Source of the DNA: Azolla caroliniana | Taxonomy: Eukaryota; Plantae; Polypodiophyta | Reading direction: 5' to 3' | Assembly: GCA_043228905.1 (NCBI GenBank) | Contig: JBHGNT010000017.1 | Span: forward strand, 5,642,001 to 5,706,000 | Length of the DNA stretch: 64,000 bases | Shown: piece by piece, positions 38,294 to 53,300 of the stretch | Layout of the letters: every line of letters starts with the position of its first letter | Position numbering within the stretch: position 1 is the first letter of the stretch | Position numbers and translations under genes: made by a program | The notes under the pieces: generated by a model | Database searches by the model: none | Told to the model about the DNA's origin: nothing | The model's input: only the letters and a program-made list of their open reading frames with translations

Positions 38294-41200
38294 ACCAAAG
38301 TCTAATAGTATTAAGTGTTAAGAGTAAAACTCCCTCTCCCCCTTCTCCTTCCATTGATGTACTCCATCGTGAGGAGCATGTGTTCCTCGTCATTCAAACT
38401 TACCTCGACCATGGCTCGTTTATGCCCTCGGCTCCGGCCTTTACGACCCTAGGGCTTCACACGGCTACGACCCTATGCGTGTCCCCCCTGACGAGTTTCT
38501 GCCGACTGAAAAACATCTCGAGAACTCTTCCTCGTGCCTAGCCCCGAAGGATGGAAGCACTCGTTGCACCGAAATATGTCAATATCCACATTTTGCAGGC
38601 CCCGTTTTGCTCTCATGTAAAATCCAAACACTTCTTGTGTTGTGTTTCTCTACATATAATTAGTTTTTTGTGCGCGTGGTGGTGTAAATCACATACATGA
38701 ATTCGACGAATCACTTACCGCAATTGTATTTTCATTGTTTGAATTTGCCAGAAGTTTAGTGAACCTTGGACTATCTCCCTCTTTGATACTCGGCTACCTC
38801 GCCATTTTTTGGCTTGAGTTGCGTTATTATCCTTGTCTCGCATTGAATGCCGTGTTATTGGAATTAGGGATATGTTCCAAACCTAGGAGAAAATGATCAA
38901 ATCCTTCGAGTGAGAAATGGTGAACTCTAGAAAAAACTTTGACATGCGAACATAACATAGGTTGCGTCACATGGGACCTCAACATGACTATTGTTACACT
39001 CTAAATTTGGCCCTTATTGACCTATCGACTAATGTCTGGGTTTAGGAGATGTGTAAAAGTACGTTTGCAACGATTTGATTGAATCCTAAAATTAAGAGCA
39101 TGTGTAGTAAAAGCTTCTAGGGCTAGAGTTGGACCATATTCTTGAGATGATCGGTTTACACATGAGTGAGAAACAAATGTGCTGACACGTACTCTCCACT
39201 TTAAGGAATATAGACAATTTGTCCATTTTGCCAATATTTGTCCAAAGTTTTTATACAGTTTGACACTAACTCATCGTGTAAGCGTGCTTTTCTCATGACT
39301 TTCGACTTGGAGTTATCAAAGGTGCCATGTACATATTAAGTGGAAGGTAAAAAAAAGGTGTCATCATTCCCTGAAATTCTTCCGAAAAAGTAGATAATTT
39401 TTTTTTCCCTATGCCTTCTTTAAGCTTTGAAGGTTGGACTTTCCAAGAAACTTTGCGATTATCATCATTACTTGTACTCTATGGAAATTTTAATCTCTAA
39501 CCATATTCTCATTTTACACCATGTAAGGTCCTAAATTTGATACCCTACCAAAAGTGGATTAGTTTAGATGTATATGTGTTCTTCGCTCAAATCCACACAA
39601 AGCATGGTAACCTTATTATATGATTACCTTAGGTAATTTATTAACTGGACCAACATAAAAAAATTCATGGTACATACTCCACTCTCGTGCAATCATTGTA
39701 GGTGAGTTATATATTGTCGCCTCTTTATATTCGAAATGCTAACAATGAATCTCATGGCATGTTGCTTTTATCCCTTTTTCTAGTCTCATAACCTCCTTTA
39801 ATATGTCACGTGGGGTGGGAGGTTTCATGTCATAACCATTCAAACCAGTAGTTGTCGCCACATAAATACATTTTCTAAAAATAAAGATCATCTTGATCAA
39901 ATAACAAAATATGTATGTGCTTCCTTTTTAGGTTGGATTCACATTGTACTGTCAAGATATCGTATTTTAAAAAATGTTGTTCACCACTTATTGGTCTCAA
40001 TTTCAACATTTTAGAGGATCCATTAGGTGATGGAAAACACATCGCTCTTTCTTTCAATTGGTTGTTTACAGAAGCTACCTCTAAGGTGCTAGCATTCACG
40101 AATATTGATATTTTTCTAGAAAAGTTGGCCATTAAAAGGTATGGTTGAGCTGGCTATTGTGGGCATTTATTGCATTCCAATTTGTCTCATTTGTTAAGTG
40201 TTTTCTAAAGATTTGGGTTCAATTCACCCTTGTGTATTGCATCATTCACTATATTTGTCGAGATAACTATGGAGGGAAGACATGACTTTCTTAAATCCTT
40301 CCAAAAAGAGAAGAAGAAAATACTTAGGAGGAACCCTTGGTGGGTGAAAAGAGGAGACAAAAAGAATATTGATGTAAAGAGGAATGGCAAAGAGAGAGAG
40401 AGAGAGGCTATAGTGAAATGTGTATGAAACTTACGATGGAGAAGGTAAATTCGCCTATGTGGTAAGGATTAAGGGGCGATTTTTGTTACACTTGTGAACA
40501 CATTGAATTCTCTTATAGTTCTTTTAACAAACTTAAACTTGTTAACTTCGAATGTTGATATACAACAACCACCTAATGACTAATAAAGAAAGCATACAAG
40601 AAAAGGGAGTCAAGCCCATAAACCCTTACTTCCATATATCTCTACTTTAAATGTCTTTCAAACACCTTTTCATGTCAGCCAGTGTCATAAAACTATTAGA
40701 ATACATAATGTGAATATGTGGGTGCAAAGTTTGAACCAAGGAAGTACAAGTCTTCCAATATGTATTGCATTTGAGCTACCAGCACCGACAACAACACCTA
40801 GAAGCTAATCTAATACATGATTATGTTTAGACAATTCCAAACCAATCATGTGCTTCGATGTGTGTAGCAATTATATTAATCTAGATTTTTAGATGGAAAC
40901 ACTTTTAATAAAATAAACAAGTCTCGGGTGATACATCAAGCGAACATGTAGTTTGCATATGTAAATTTAGTTACAATCACCTTCACCGCAAATGTTGGTT
41001 ATATGGGTGCCAACTAGTTCACATTTTCACAATATTTAAAAAAAATCAATTCCTTGGGTATAGCGTGAAAAGTTTAACCTTCATTTCTTACCATGTCCAT
41101 GCTTTCATTGAATATGCGTACTAATTAGATCATGAGCATTCTAACCGGCGAGTTAGCATTGATGCTCAACATAAGTATGGAGAGATTATATATATGTACA

Positions 41201-42765
41201 CACGATCTTGGATCTCGTGATGGGTATTAAGTTTTATTACACAATTGTATCAACTTCCTTTTCTTAGTCATTAATCGTGCCAATTACCATCATTGGACCA
41301 ATCGTAAGTTGATGCTCAACCATTTATGAGTAACCAATGTGCATTCCATTCACCCAAGTTAAACCTTGTTTTGCACTTGGCAAATTTTAGATGTTTATCT
41401 CTCATGCTGCCAAGAAAGTCTCACTAAAATAGTGGGGCATGCATCACACTTGTCGTGGAATAAGATGATGTTGCTCATTTATATGGTTTCTAAACTTCCT
41501 ATTTTTATAGTTATGCTTGGTTTTCTTTTGATCTCCATTATGTATTGTTCTATGTTAACCAAAAATAGGCACTTAACCTCATTGGAATTTTTTTCATTAG
41601 TTTTGAGTGACCCCATACAATCTTGGAAAGGTTTACTAGAAATAGTAGGAACCATGATTATTTGCAAAGCTCCATATCCTCATAAAATGGGAAATGGGAA
41701 CATAGCAGCTTACCAAGGTATACCATTACCATTTGAGGAAAGATTCCCGAAAAGCCATTGAAATTTTGGAAGTAACCAAATTGCCATCTTCTAGATTGTT
41801 TGCATGACTGGGTCATCTTCTAGATCGTAGGTACAAGTGGGTTGTTGAAACTCAATTGGAGTTTACTAGCATCAAACGAATGTGATTAATTAATGCCGAA
41901 TTCAACGTTATTTATGTCGATTTTTCCTAGGTAACTAAATGAAAAAAAATCAAAATTTCATTGCAGCCCTGTGCTTCTTTCTTGACAAATAGAGTTTTAT
42001 ACATTGCCGTCACATTATGGTCATTTGTGTTTTATGCTCAATTTTATTTTTGCACTACAATGCTGGTACCTTACGAGAATATGAAATGATGAAGAGAAAT
42101 TGTGTGTATGCTAGGGTTTTGGAAATTATTATTGTGTCGGCCAAACTTAAACTTTATTGTCATGTGCCTTGAAACTAGACAAAGATTACTTAAAAACAAT
42201 CAGTTGAAATTATTGCTCGTGGTATTCTTGTTAACCCACATGCACACATAGTAGTTGATATGTTAATAACGAGTTTTTTGTCAAAAATATGTTCAAAGGA
42301 ACATATGAGTAGAGTTCAACCCATACAAAATGTGTGAGGACAAATGGATTTTGCAAGGAATTTCAGGGCTAAAGTCTTTCAGGAACTAAAACCTTTTGAG
42401 TGTCAAAAAAGGCTTTTGGAGCAAATACTAAGCAACAATGAAAGAGTGTGCCATGTCAACAAATAATTATAGTCAAAACAATACCATTGATCAGTAGCCA
42501 ACTATCTACTCCATCATTTCCAAGAAAAAATCAACTAACTTAAAAATAAACTTGGTCTTATATTTACCTATAAAAGTGAACAGTATCCTCTAGAGACAAT
42601 ATTGTTTTGAATAGTGTTGTCGAGAGATTAGTTGAAAAATAGAACTTGGTATACCCTTTCTTTGTAATCTGCAAATGACAAAAAGCCTTGAGGAATAGAC
42701 TTGGTTAGCTACAAATATAATGCCCGTGGTGAGGATTGAACTTGTATATGTTATGAATGTCCATG

Positions 42766-42858
<93 letters not shown>

Positions 42859-45800
42859 TTTTTAACATCCATGGGAGGCCGATTGCAATCTACTTGACAA
42901 GGCCTAGCCGTGGGGAGGGTTGAGCTTAAGTTATCTCAATTTTATGACTTTGATGCTACACTATAAACCACCAAGCCAACAACCAAAGGAGAAAATGTGA
43001 ATACATAAGCATTTGATTATCCCTCATGTATTTGTAGATGCCTTTGGGGTTTTCAAGTAGTTTTGAAGTTTCCCGTGACGGGCACATGCAATAATAATGT
43101 GTGTGACAAAATTATTTGATATATGTCACCCTTTGAGTTAGAGAATAACAAGAGAAGAGTGTTGGGTTGTGGGGATGAAAAAGGAACATAAACAAAGACA
43201 TAAATGAATGTGTAATAGTGTATTTGACAAATATTATATGTGATAGATAAGTGGTCTTTTCGACAAGCCAAGGGTGGTGGTAAGGAACTAGATTTTTCCC
43301 TCCTCAAGAAACACAATACCATTTCATCGCTACCAAATACATACATTTTATGTGTGTGGTGTATGTACATGTATATGATTGCTCATTTCAAGAAGTTAGG
43401 AAAGGGGTTATGGGTCAATCATGTTGTCTAGGAAAGCCCAAGTAAGAGCCCTAGTTTATACATGGAATGACAATGTCCCAAAAGCTCTCATGTGAACCAT
43501 TATTGACTTATACTTGTGGTAAGAGTCATAAATCTAAGTTCTCAAAAACTAGGATGAATGTTGAGGAATGACACACCATAATTTTTAGTAGGATTATGGA
43601 AGGAAATCATATATTTCATTAAGATCATGCATTTGAAAAGGAAGGGAAATCACCATTGTATACATATTGAATAACACAATGATTAGTTAAGCATATTAAA
43701 ACCTCTTGCAATCAAATAATAATAAGGTATAAAAAGGGATAAAGAGTATATGTTTGTAACACTAGTAAAACATAATAATCATATTCTTGGTAATCATTTG
43801 AATGTCTCTTTTGAATCCAACATACATGGTTGTTTACAATTCAATGGTGTTTTCATGGTTTGAAATTATAGGACACTTACATCTATTGTTATAGGCCAAT
43901 CACAGACTCAATTGCAATGATTGAAATAGTTGTACTAATGACTGAGGCACGAGTGTTATTTGGCAAAATTGTATAAACATTGACATGTCAATACAAGACA
44001 AGACTTTACAGAAGACTTATGCCATGGCTAGAGCCTAGAATACAAAACAAGACTAGATTATATGCGTTTATTAAACATGAGCTTGACAAGAAATGCTCGA
44101 TTAACTTGTGGTTCAAAAATATATTTGCAATGACTTAGCTTTTATAATATATTTGGATAAGATCGAACTTTGCATTTCAGAATTCATGATGTGATTACAG
44201 AAGGAAGATACGCAGGAATAAGCAATAATCCTCTTACTTCTTTTTTTCTTTTTTTTTCCAAAAAAAACAATCCTCTTACTTGTAACAATAAGACACAAGG
44301 GTGTGTTGATATTGCCTCCCACCCTTTGAGTAAGTTTTTTTATTGTGGTATATCTATAATGTGTCGAAAAAGGGAAAGCAAGGTTTGGGGCCTTTAATAA
44401 GAATAAATTTACGTTGAACTTTGTAAGCATAAGCACATTCATATAAATGTAGCCTTTTGCGATTTACAAGGAATGATTTTAAGACTAAGTTCATGCACAA
44501 TCTCATGGTTAACCCAAAATTTCACAACCAATGCTTTGCACGAGGATTTTGAGTCCTACATCAATGATAAAAAGAAGCTCGGATAAATGATGTGAAGTCC
44601 TGCATAGTGCATGGCCATCTCATGTCTCATGTATTCTCCAGCAATCAAACACTCAACATTTTTCATGTTTAGGGCTCAACGGCTTAATTTGCGCTACCAA
44701 TCAATTTATATGGGGCACGTAAAACAAAGCACAATGCATCCTTTTAATGTGAGCCGAGCAATTTCTTGGAGCACATTAGTGTAAACATGTACAATTGCCT
44801 CCTTTTTTGCTTTTCTTGGGGTTGTCCTTTCGAAAAAGGACAAATGGTTTGAAGGTACTATTATTGACAAACTCATTGAAAAGCTAAAAAGGAAAAGGAG
44901 TTTACGAAATCATAGAAATAGCTTTAAAACAAGATCGAATCTCATATAAAGTAAGAAAATATTTTGTTACATGGTTACGTTGGGCATCCAAGTATGATCA
45001 TTGTAAGTAGAGCCGGATCAGATGTGATTTTGATAGGTATGTTTGCTTATTTTCAAAATGATATATATGCATAGACATATGCTTGCTTGACTGAAGTATA
45101 AACCCCTAACCAATCCATATGATAAATTAACATTACGCACATAATTACGGGAACTCATAAGCAATGTAAAGCATTTGTTTAATCTAATATCTATTCATTA
45201 CAAAATTAAGCTTCTTATTTGAAGACAAAATTAAGCGTCTTACCTCAATTTCATTTCTTAACTAGTATTGATTTTATTGCCCAAACCTCGTATATGCGCA
45301 CACGCACACATTTAATGTTGATTTTTGTGCCTAATGCTAATTTCCATGAGATAAAGGCTTGCTTTTGATTGAATAAGCAATTGTTTTAAACCAGCACGAT
45401 TAGTGCAACCCCAAATGTTTTTTATATTAGAATACTTTAGTAATTTTCTCTAAGCTAGAAAAGAGATAAGCACGACAAACGGGGCCCACCTCCTGAAACC
45501 TTTAAAATCCAAGTGTTTTTGAGTGCTCTCCATCATTGGCATCCAACTCGTTCTTTTTGGTACCAACCAAATCCTTGTGTGTGTGTGTGTGTGAGAGAGA
45601 GAGCATTTGGCTAGGCCTTAGCCTAGGGCAACTTTACCAAAAATAAAAGTTCCCAAGGATGTGGAGATTCTATCTCAATTCAAATCCTCTCTCTATAAGA
45701 CACTAATTATTATTATTATAAGTAGTATTTATAGAAGTTTTGTCGTCCTCTCGACTCGGAAGTATTTCGATTCTCCACTCCCCCTCTTTTTGTTTCACGA

Positions 45801-48800
45801 CTTTACATCCATCGTGTGTGCACACACACACACATCCATCTCTGTCTCCTAGACTTGTAATGAGCATTGTATGCGTATTCACACTTGATCATCAAAATGT
45901 CAATAAAATGCATCCATCGTAAAATGTCACTCTTGGAGGTGACTCCCCCCTCCCCCTCTTTCGGTCTATATATATGTCTCTCTCCAAAATACACGCACAG
46001 ACACATGGCCTATCACAAACATCCCTTTCTTGTGTCTACCTACCTACTTCCCATCCCCTCTTCCTTCCTTGTAATAAAAGCATTGTCTACTAAAGAAAAA
46101 CCCAATCTTTATCCCCCTTCTTTCTCGATTCTCCCCTTTTACTCCACAATACACACGTTTTGTTACATATTAGAGACCGGCTTGTTCCTTTTTATTTTTA
46201 TTTTTATTTTTAGATAGGTGCCGAATAGTGCAACTAACACCATCCCCCCCCCCCCCCCCCCCCCCTTTACTTTTTAAGATGCTCGTGAAAACCTTTCACA
46301 AAAATGGGGTCCTCCCTTGCCTCGGAGCAATAACCTTTCAATATTAGCTCCAGTGGTCTTTCATTGATTCGTGTATGGGCTATATCAATATTTTGTAGCA
46401 TACAACTTTGCATGCTAGTGAACAAATGCATATATTTGACTCTTCATTGAGGCCATAAGATTTATTTGGCAGCTAGTCACACAACTCAATTGCACGATAA
46501 TGCAATTAAATATCATACATATCCTTAGTTCTCACTATTTGTCTATGCATTCTTGTAATATAGAGGAATTGGAATAGTCCAAACTCCATGTCTAACAATC
46601 CACGACATAGAACCTTTCAACCTTCACACGTTGAGAAATGTATTCCAATAATGATTGAAAAGGAGATACTATAGCTTTAGTTTGGAGATTGTTATTCTTT
46701 AACATGACCATAATAAATGATGGCATATGGTTGATCAAGTTTGAATATCAATTCTTGCATAAGGTTTTTCTTTGTTGTAGATGTACGATAAGAATTGTGT
46801 GCATTTAGAAATCATACAAAATGAAAAAACACTAGCACATCTATAAGAATTGTGACTTTTAAGTACAATATTCAACACATTCTTTAGTGGTCTAGAGAAT
46901 GGCAAGGTGAGGAAAGTTAACATATCTACATAGGGAACTGGAAGATTAATCTTTTCACTTAAATAATAGATATTATTTCATGAGTAATCATGATTCATGT
47001 ACTCTACAGAAGATATAGATTCCACTTTGTACAAGAGGCTGCTTTTTGTGAAGATAAGAAGAGTACATTCAGTGCTAAAGCATTACGTGGAAGCATTGCG
47101 TTTATACATCCATAAGAAATTATAGTTATAATAAGTGAAGTGTGTAAATGTGATCGCATAATGTTAATGATTACATTTACTTACAAATGTGGATTCCAAT
47201 ATGAAGCAAAGAGTCTTTAAATGTTACCTTCATTTATATTTTAACTCCAAGATCGTCATTGTTACAATTTACACAAGATCATAGATTAAAGCCTAAGCAA
47301 TTGGATCCAAAAGTGCGTTTGGTGTGAAACGCATGAATATTTTGACTTTTCAGTCATTACTCTAACAAATACCCGAGGATTTTCTCAAAAAAAGTTTTTA
47401 TTTATTTCGAGGCCAAGGATTGAAAGGGACAGGTAATACAAAAAAATAAAAAATACAATGATACAACTCAACCTAAGGATAATTATTTTTTGACTCGTCA
47501 TAAGTAGTTGTATATCCATGGACTTCTTAGAATAACAAGCTTACACATAAATATTCACTTTGCTTTATCCTCAAGTTTAGATCAATTCATGATGTTTGCA
47601 ATCCTAAACTACAACAACACCAAGTACAAAGGATCCAAAATGGCGCTATTTAGACTACATTATGTGAGCAAATGGTATTTGGAGGACTATGAGTGAGTTG
47701 AGGGAAGAAAAGGAGAAGTAAAAACTAGCATGTCATATGCCCAACATTGTTATTTATAGAATGGTCAAGAAGTAAATTACCAAACTCATCGTACAATAGC
47801 TCATATTCAAGCATATTGGATTAGGAAGTGCATAGGAAGATGGGGGTGGGTGGAGATATCAAGAACCTTGAATGATCCTTGTGAATTTTGTGTTACTCTT
47901 ACTTTTGAAATGATATTAATTGCCCAACTTTTTCATTCATGTTTGCCATTTTCATACATCTTCTTCCATTATCAAGTATGTCTTTATCACGATTCACAAC
48001 ATTTCCCACAATGAACTTCCATTAACCTCAAACATAAGTTTCTTTGATAAGTTTCCGCACATATAAAATCCAACCTACTTTATGAGGACCTTGGTGATTG
48101 TTTTTCTTTTGTGTGTGTTTCCCATAGGTGCACTCAAGTCTTTAGAATTCTTCACACACTTGTGTTCTTATATTCCAACAATTCGTCAAAGGCCTTGTCC
48201 ACACATTGGCATGAACATGCTAATTCAAAATAAGAATCCCCAATATTGCCTCCGACTCACACATTTTCAATATAAAACCACAACCATTTTCATGACTTAA
48301 GCAACTTGTTTATAAGCTTTGATATTACTTTTGATAATCTAATAGGAAGAACAAGAACTAACAATTAGAAAATAAATGTAGTTACCCCATGAACTATAAT
48401 CCATGATTTTGTGTTTATCTGTGTTTACCTCTATGCATCTTGCCATGTAAACTTTCTTTATAATCCACCGAATTTCTCATGTTGTGCCTCTTGGTTTTGA
48501 ATATACTACATCAATTGCTCCACTATGCAAATCATAGTATGTATTATACTCGAATGCATTGGTCAACATTCTTTTTCATACGCATGAAAACGAATGCGTA
48601 TGTTATCAAAACATTCTTATTTATTTTTTACAGTATTCTTAGCTTTAAAGAAAATTACCTTATAATAAATAATGAAGGGAAAAGTACCAAGATACCCCTG
48701 GAAGTTCGTCCATTTACCAGAATGCCCCTTGAAGTTCCAAATTTACCAAACTACCCCTATGTCTGAGTGTATAATTACTTTATAAAGTGTAATGTTATGT

Positions 48801-49294
48801 CTGAGTGTATAATTACTTTATAAAGTGTAATGTTTTGGACATAGGGGTAGTTTGGTAAATTTGGAACTTCTAGGGGCATTCTGGTAAATGGACGAACTTC
48901 TAGGGGTATCTTAGTACTTTTCCCAATAATGAATACAAAAGTATGGTATTTACCATACTTCGAGGGTGTTTACCATACTCGGATAATTGAAACATTCTCG
49001 AATGCGAATGTACGTATGGTTCATACTATGATTCAAATGACACATTTACAACCATTTGGCGGTCAACCAAATCTACTACATCAATTGTCGCACTTTTCAA
49101 ATGACACATTTGCAACTACCTGAGGGTTATGTTTATTGGGTATCAATATTTTCGCCTTTGGCGTTTCGATGTTCATGACATGATTGTCATTGATGACGAA
49201 ACTTCACATACAAACTTGACCACATATCACTCTAGTTCCCTTATTATGTGATCCTGTGATTTACGCACATACATAAATGCAAATTCCTTCCATG
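38294..49294 (+). repeat. Copy 2 of the ~11-kb duplication
   Basis: Begins ACCAAAGTCTAATAGTAT as at 27233; ends TTCCTTCCATG as just before the gap. Confidence 0.97.
48677..48924. mobile_element. Mutator-type MITE, duplicate copy with internal 38-bp tandem duplication (248 bp)
   Basis: Same TIRs and TSD AATAATGAA (48668-48676, 48925-48933). Confidence 0.92.
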
Positions 49295-50363
49295 GTTTAT
49301 CATCTTCTAGTAGTTGATATTTCCTAGATTGATAAAATCTTTCTTTGCTTGAAGTATCAAATTATCATTTCCAATGACTTCATGAACCTTATTAGCGAAG
49401 AAACATGCAAATAAACCATTCCCCTTGTTATAGGCATAAACAAGAACATTTCACTTTTCTTACCATGACAACATAATTCACCAACAAGAATTTCTGCACT
49501 CCTTTAAACTAAAAAATCACTAATAAGAAAACATCTCTTTTGGCAATGCAACTAGTGATTTAAGCAAAACATGTTCCAAATACTTCGTATTATGCAACAA
49601 AAATTCTAAGGACATTTCCAAATTTATAATCTACATTGTGAAACATGTTTTAAGCCTATGTTATATTATCTCTTCTTCCAAGCACAATTCATCTCCATAA
49701 AACTGAAATCCATGCATTCAATAAATTTGATCTTAGCATTCTCACCATCATAAAAGATAGAACAAATGTATAATATTTGAGATATTCTCAAGGCAACTAC
49801 ATGTCAAGGTCCTCTTTTCATTTTTCTGAACACTTAACGATATTGATTGGAATAATCTTCACAATGTTAATACACGATTTCTGATAAGTTTATGTTTGAA
49901 CATCTTGAATATGTGAGATCCAACTCATTGAGCTTCTCAGGGCATATTCCAAGACGGATCAATTTATGACCGTAAATGATCAAATTGATTCTTCTTAGGA
50001 AAAGGGTTTAGAGAATTCCATCGATACATTATTGACTTACTAGTAAGTTATTTCGTGTGTACTTATTATTGACATCTTAAAAACACCATGCAGTTCACCT
50101 GATCATATGTAAATGTAGTCAGCATTGGTGATATGATGCATCAAGGTTTGTTGAACGCACATCACTTCTAACCACTCAAAAAGATCGATAATACAGAGCT
50201 TCACCCCATTTGGGGTAAGTTCCAAATGAAGGGACTAAAAACCTATTTAATATGTCAAAAGTAGCCTTATTCAGTATGAAATTTCTCATTCAACAATCGA
50301 ATATGCTTGACAAAAATTTACAACCATCGATTTTGCTGCATAAGCAAGGGTAATTCAACTTGA

Positions 50364-53300
50364 TCATGGACCTGTTGAAAGATTTAATTCTCTTAAGACA
50401 TCTGTGAACTCAAAGTCTCCACTTTGCTTATTGAATTGCTCCACCAACCTATACCGAGAATCGTCGACGAAAAAAGAATGGGTAGATTCAATTAGCTGTT
50501 TCGCCTAGAAAACCAGAGAGGCAAATCATCACTTTCAATCAGATAAGATAAAACCAATTTACTTGCAACTAAGATCATAGTATTTGGTTTCCACCAAAAG
50601 CATAGATAACATTTAAAACATTCTTGACATCATATTTGCATATAGCACTGAGAAGAGTTGCATAAATTACTAATAGAACACGATGCAGAAGAAGATAGAA
50701 AAAAAGCAGACTAATTTCAAGATCTCCAAGATAGTGACAACGCCTAACCAAGATCTGATCATATACAGTATGCACATGATCATATTAACAATATCAGACT
50801 AAACATCCCAGTCATACAATCAAAACAAAATCACTCAAGCTAATGCATATAGCCTACATTGGGCCAGGAAGCCAAGAGCAGAACTCAATTATCAACATTG
50901 GCACAGACTCCTTAACCTTCGCAATAAGGGTGTATTCACATGTTCTCTCTTACCATGGATCTTTCATGTTTGGGCAGACACTGCATGCATCCCTCAGGAA
51001 TGTAACCATAACCAATGGAGATTCTACCGTCCAAAATCAGGACAGGATGCTAAAAATGATTCTTCCAATGAAAAGTTTAACGCCTCTAAACCTCCTTTGT
51101 AAGTTGAGAAATGGGAATTCTTATAACCACAAAAGTTTAGGCTCTTCCTTTTCAGGTATCTGTGGACTCGAGTAAGCATCTCTCTACATAGGAAAAAGTT
51201 TATTTCTTTTAATATATATTGGGACACACATATCTATATTTGGTTAGCCTTCTTCGATAATGTCTTGTGCTCTACAAAGTACATCCTCTTTGTAACTGGA
51301 AGGCCAAGGTGATGTCCTTTACACTTCCAGTCACTATGATATTGGGAGCGTGTCTACTGTAAGGTGAACATCATGTTTCCGATCATTGTTCATGCCAACA
51401 TGATACAAGCACTTACCATGGAAACTTGAGAAGGCTATTTGCAGACATCGATATTGTTACGGGCATGACCATATAATATCCCGTGGTGAGAATTTACCGT
51501 AGTATTCTATAGGATACTACGGTAAATTCTCACCACGGGATATTATATGGTCATGCCCGTAACAGATATAAAACCACAATCAGTTTTCTATGATCCTTCA
51601 TATGCTACCATTGAGGTTATCTAAAATTTTGAAGGCATTTCCATTATGTTTTTTGTGTGCCTGACTAACTTCTAGGCCAAATTGTAAAAGTTAAAAATAA
51701 AGAGCAAAACTTAAACATCAATAAAATCAGAACATACATGACCAGCAGAACTTGATTCTTGGGCACAAATCTTAACTTAGCCTCTCATACTAACATGAGA
51801 TGATATATTACCAAATCAACCACTCTTAACTATCTCTACAGAACATAAAAGAACATATATGCAGGTGCAATACAATTTATGCTTTTGATTAATAATCAGC
51901 CAGCGAAAGACTTACTTGTAAATCAGTGAGTTTGCTAGGAAATACAATATCCCCACGAACAAGGACCAAACCTTTAGTGTCCATCAGCTCTGTATAGTGA
52001 GCCACCGTCAAGTATGGAGAAGCATCAGTACCTCTGACCTTATAGTCTTCCAGACCAGTAAATAGTAAATGAGGCATTTGCGCTGCACAAGCAATGAAAT
52101 AACTATCCATATAACCATCAACAGTGCAAACCAACAAGCTCATAAACGCATCAGAAACACAGCTTACATGCCTTGTAAGAAAAAAGATGTGTACCCATTT
52201 CCTTGTCTCACAGGAACCACAAATAAAGAGCTGCAACCATAGTATTTTCATTAACTTAGTACAGATATCCACATAACAAAGTAACAATTGGAGTAAACCA
52301 CTTGTTTCAAGCATTCAAGCAACAACTGAAACAGCTTGGCCATGGTAAACGAGAGCTACCATGTCCTTGCCCTATGTTGCAAAGTGTTGAATTGCTCCTT
52401 CCGTATGATGGTACTGATGACACCTCTACCTGAATGTTTCTGTAAATAAAAAGTTTATTAGAAATCAATGCAGACTACAAAAATGGTATCACTTGAGTAA
52501 TTTAAACAGAAAGTGCAAAATACAACCCTTTGAGGCTTCTTTCTGAGCTTTTTATGGCTTCTTGACATATATATTAAGCATTAGACACACATAATATACA
52601 TATATATTATATAGAATCTAGATATAGTGCCAAGTTGGCTACATGATCTTGGAGATTATTTTAGTAAACAATACATTCAAAATGTATTGGATCAATAGAC
52701 CATGAAAATAAAGTATAATGCAAATCTATACACATGAGCATAGGAACAATCCCACCATTGGGTAGGGTTAATGTGAGATACAAGTGATATTGCATACATC
52801 TCGGCTTCCATTCATGCATTTCAATTCACACAAGCTCAAATAAATTTACATCTTAAAAGAGGTAGATATCCAACTTTTATTATAGAAATATGTTTCAGAC
52901 ACACTGAAATATGAGCCAAGTTGAGAAAAGGGATCATTTTGTGCCTATTTCTCCAACATATCACCCATATCTAGGAAATGTTTCTGGGTTTCTGCAAAGT
53001 TGTAGGAACCTTCAGTAAGTTCGAACAGGTCACTTCATACCCTTGCCATTAGTGCATATCTTGCACAAAAATTATAGACATGGCCATAACAAAAAAATAA
53101 GAGTTCCATTTAGAGAGGAATAAATATAGCTCATTTCACATTGTTTATGGGTTCCATGGGTCATATTTTGGCTCTTAAGGGTGATAATATATAGATATTT
53201 ATATGCATACTATTTATTATGCATCAAAATGCCAACATAAACCGTGCATATCTTTCTTTCTCTTTTGATCCCTCTGAGCAGGTATTGGCCGAAGGCTACT

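Noticed and set aside
38488-38515. CTGACGA...GAAA resembling a hammerhead ribozyme core (retrozyme idea prompted by the 4-bp TSDs)
   Set aside because: Stem II does not pair properly, the other copy has TTGACGA, and I found no hammerhead core in either 4-bp-TSD element.
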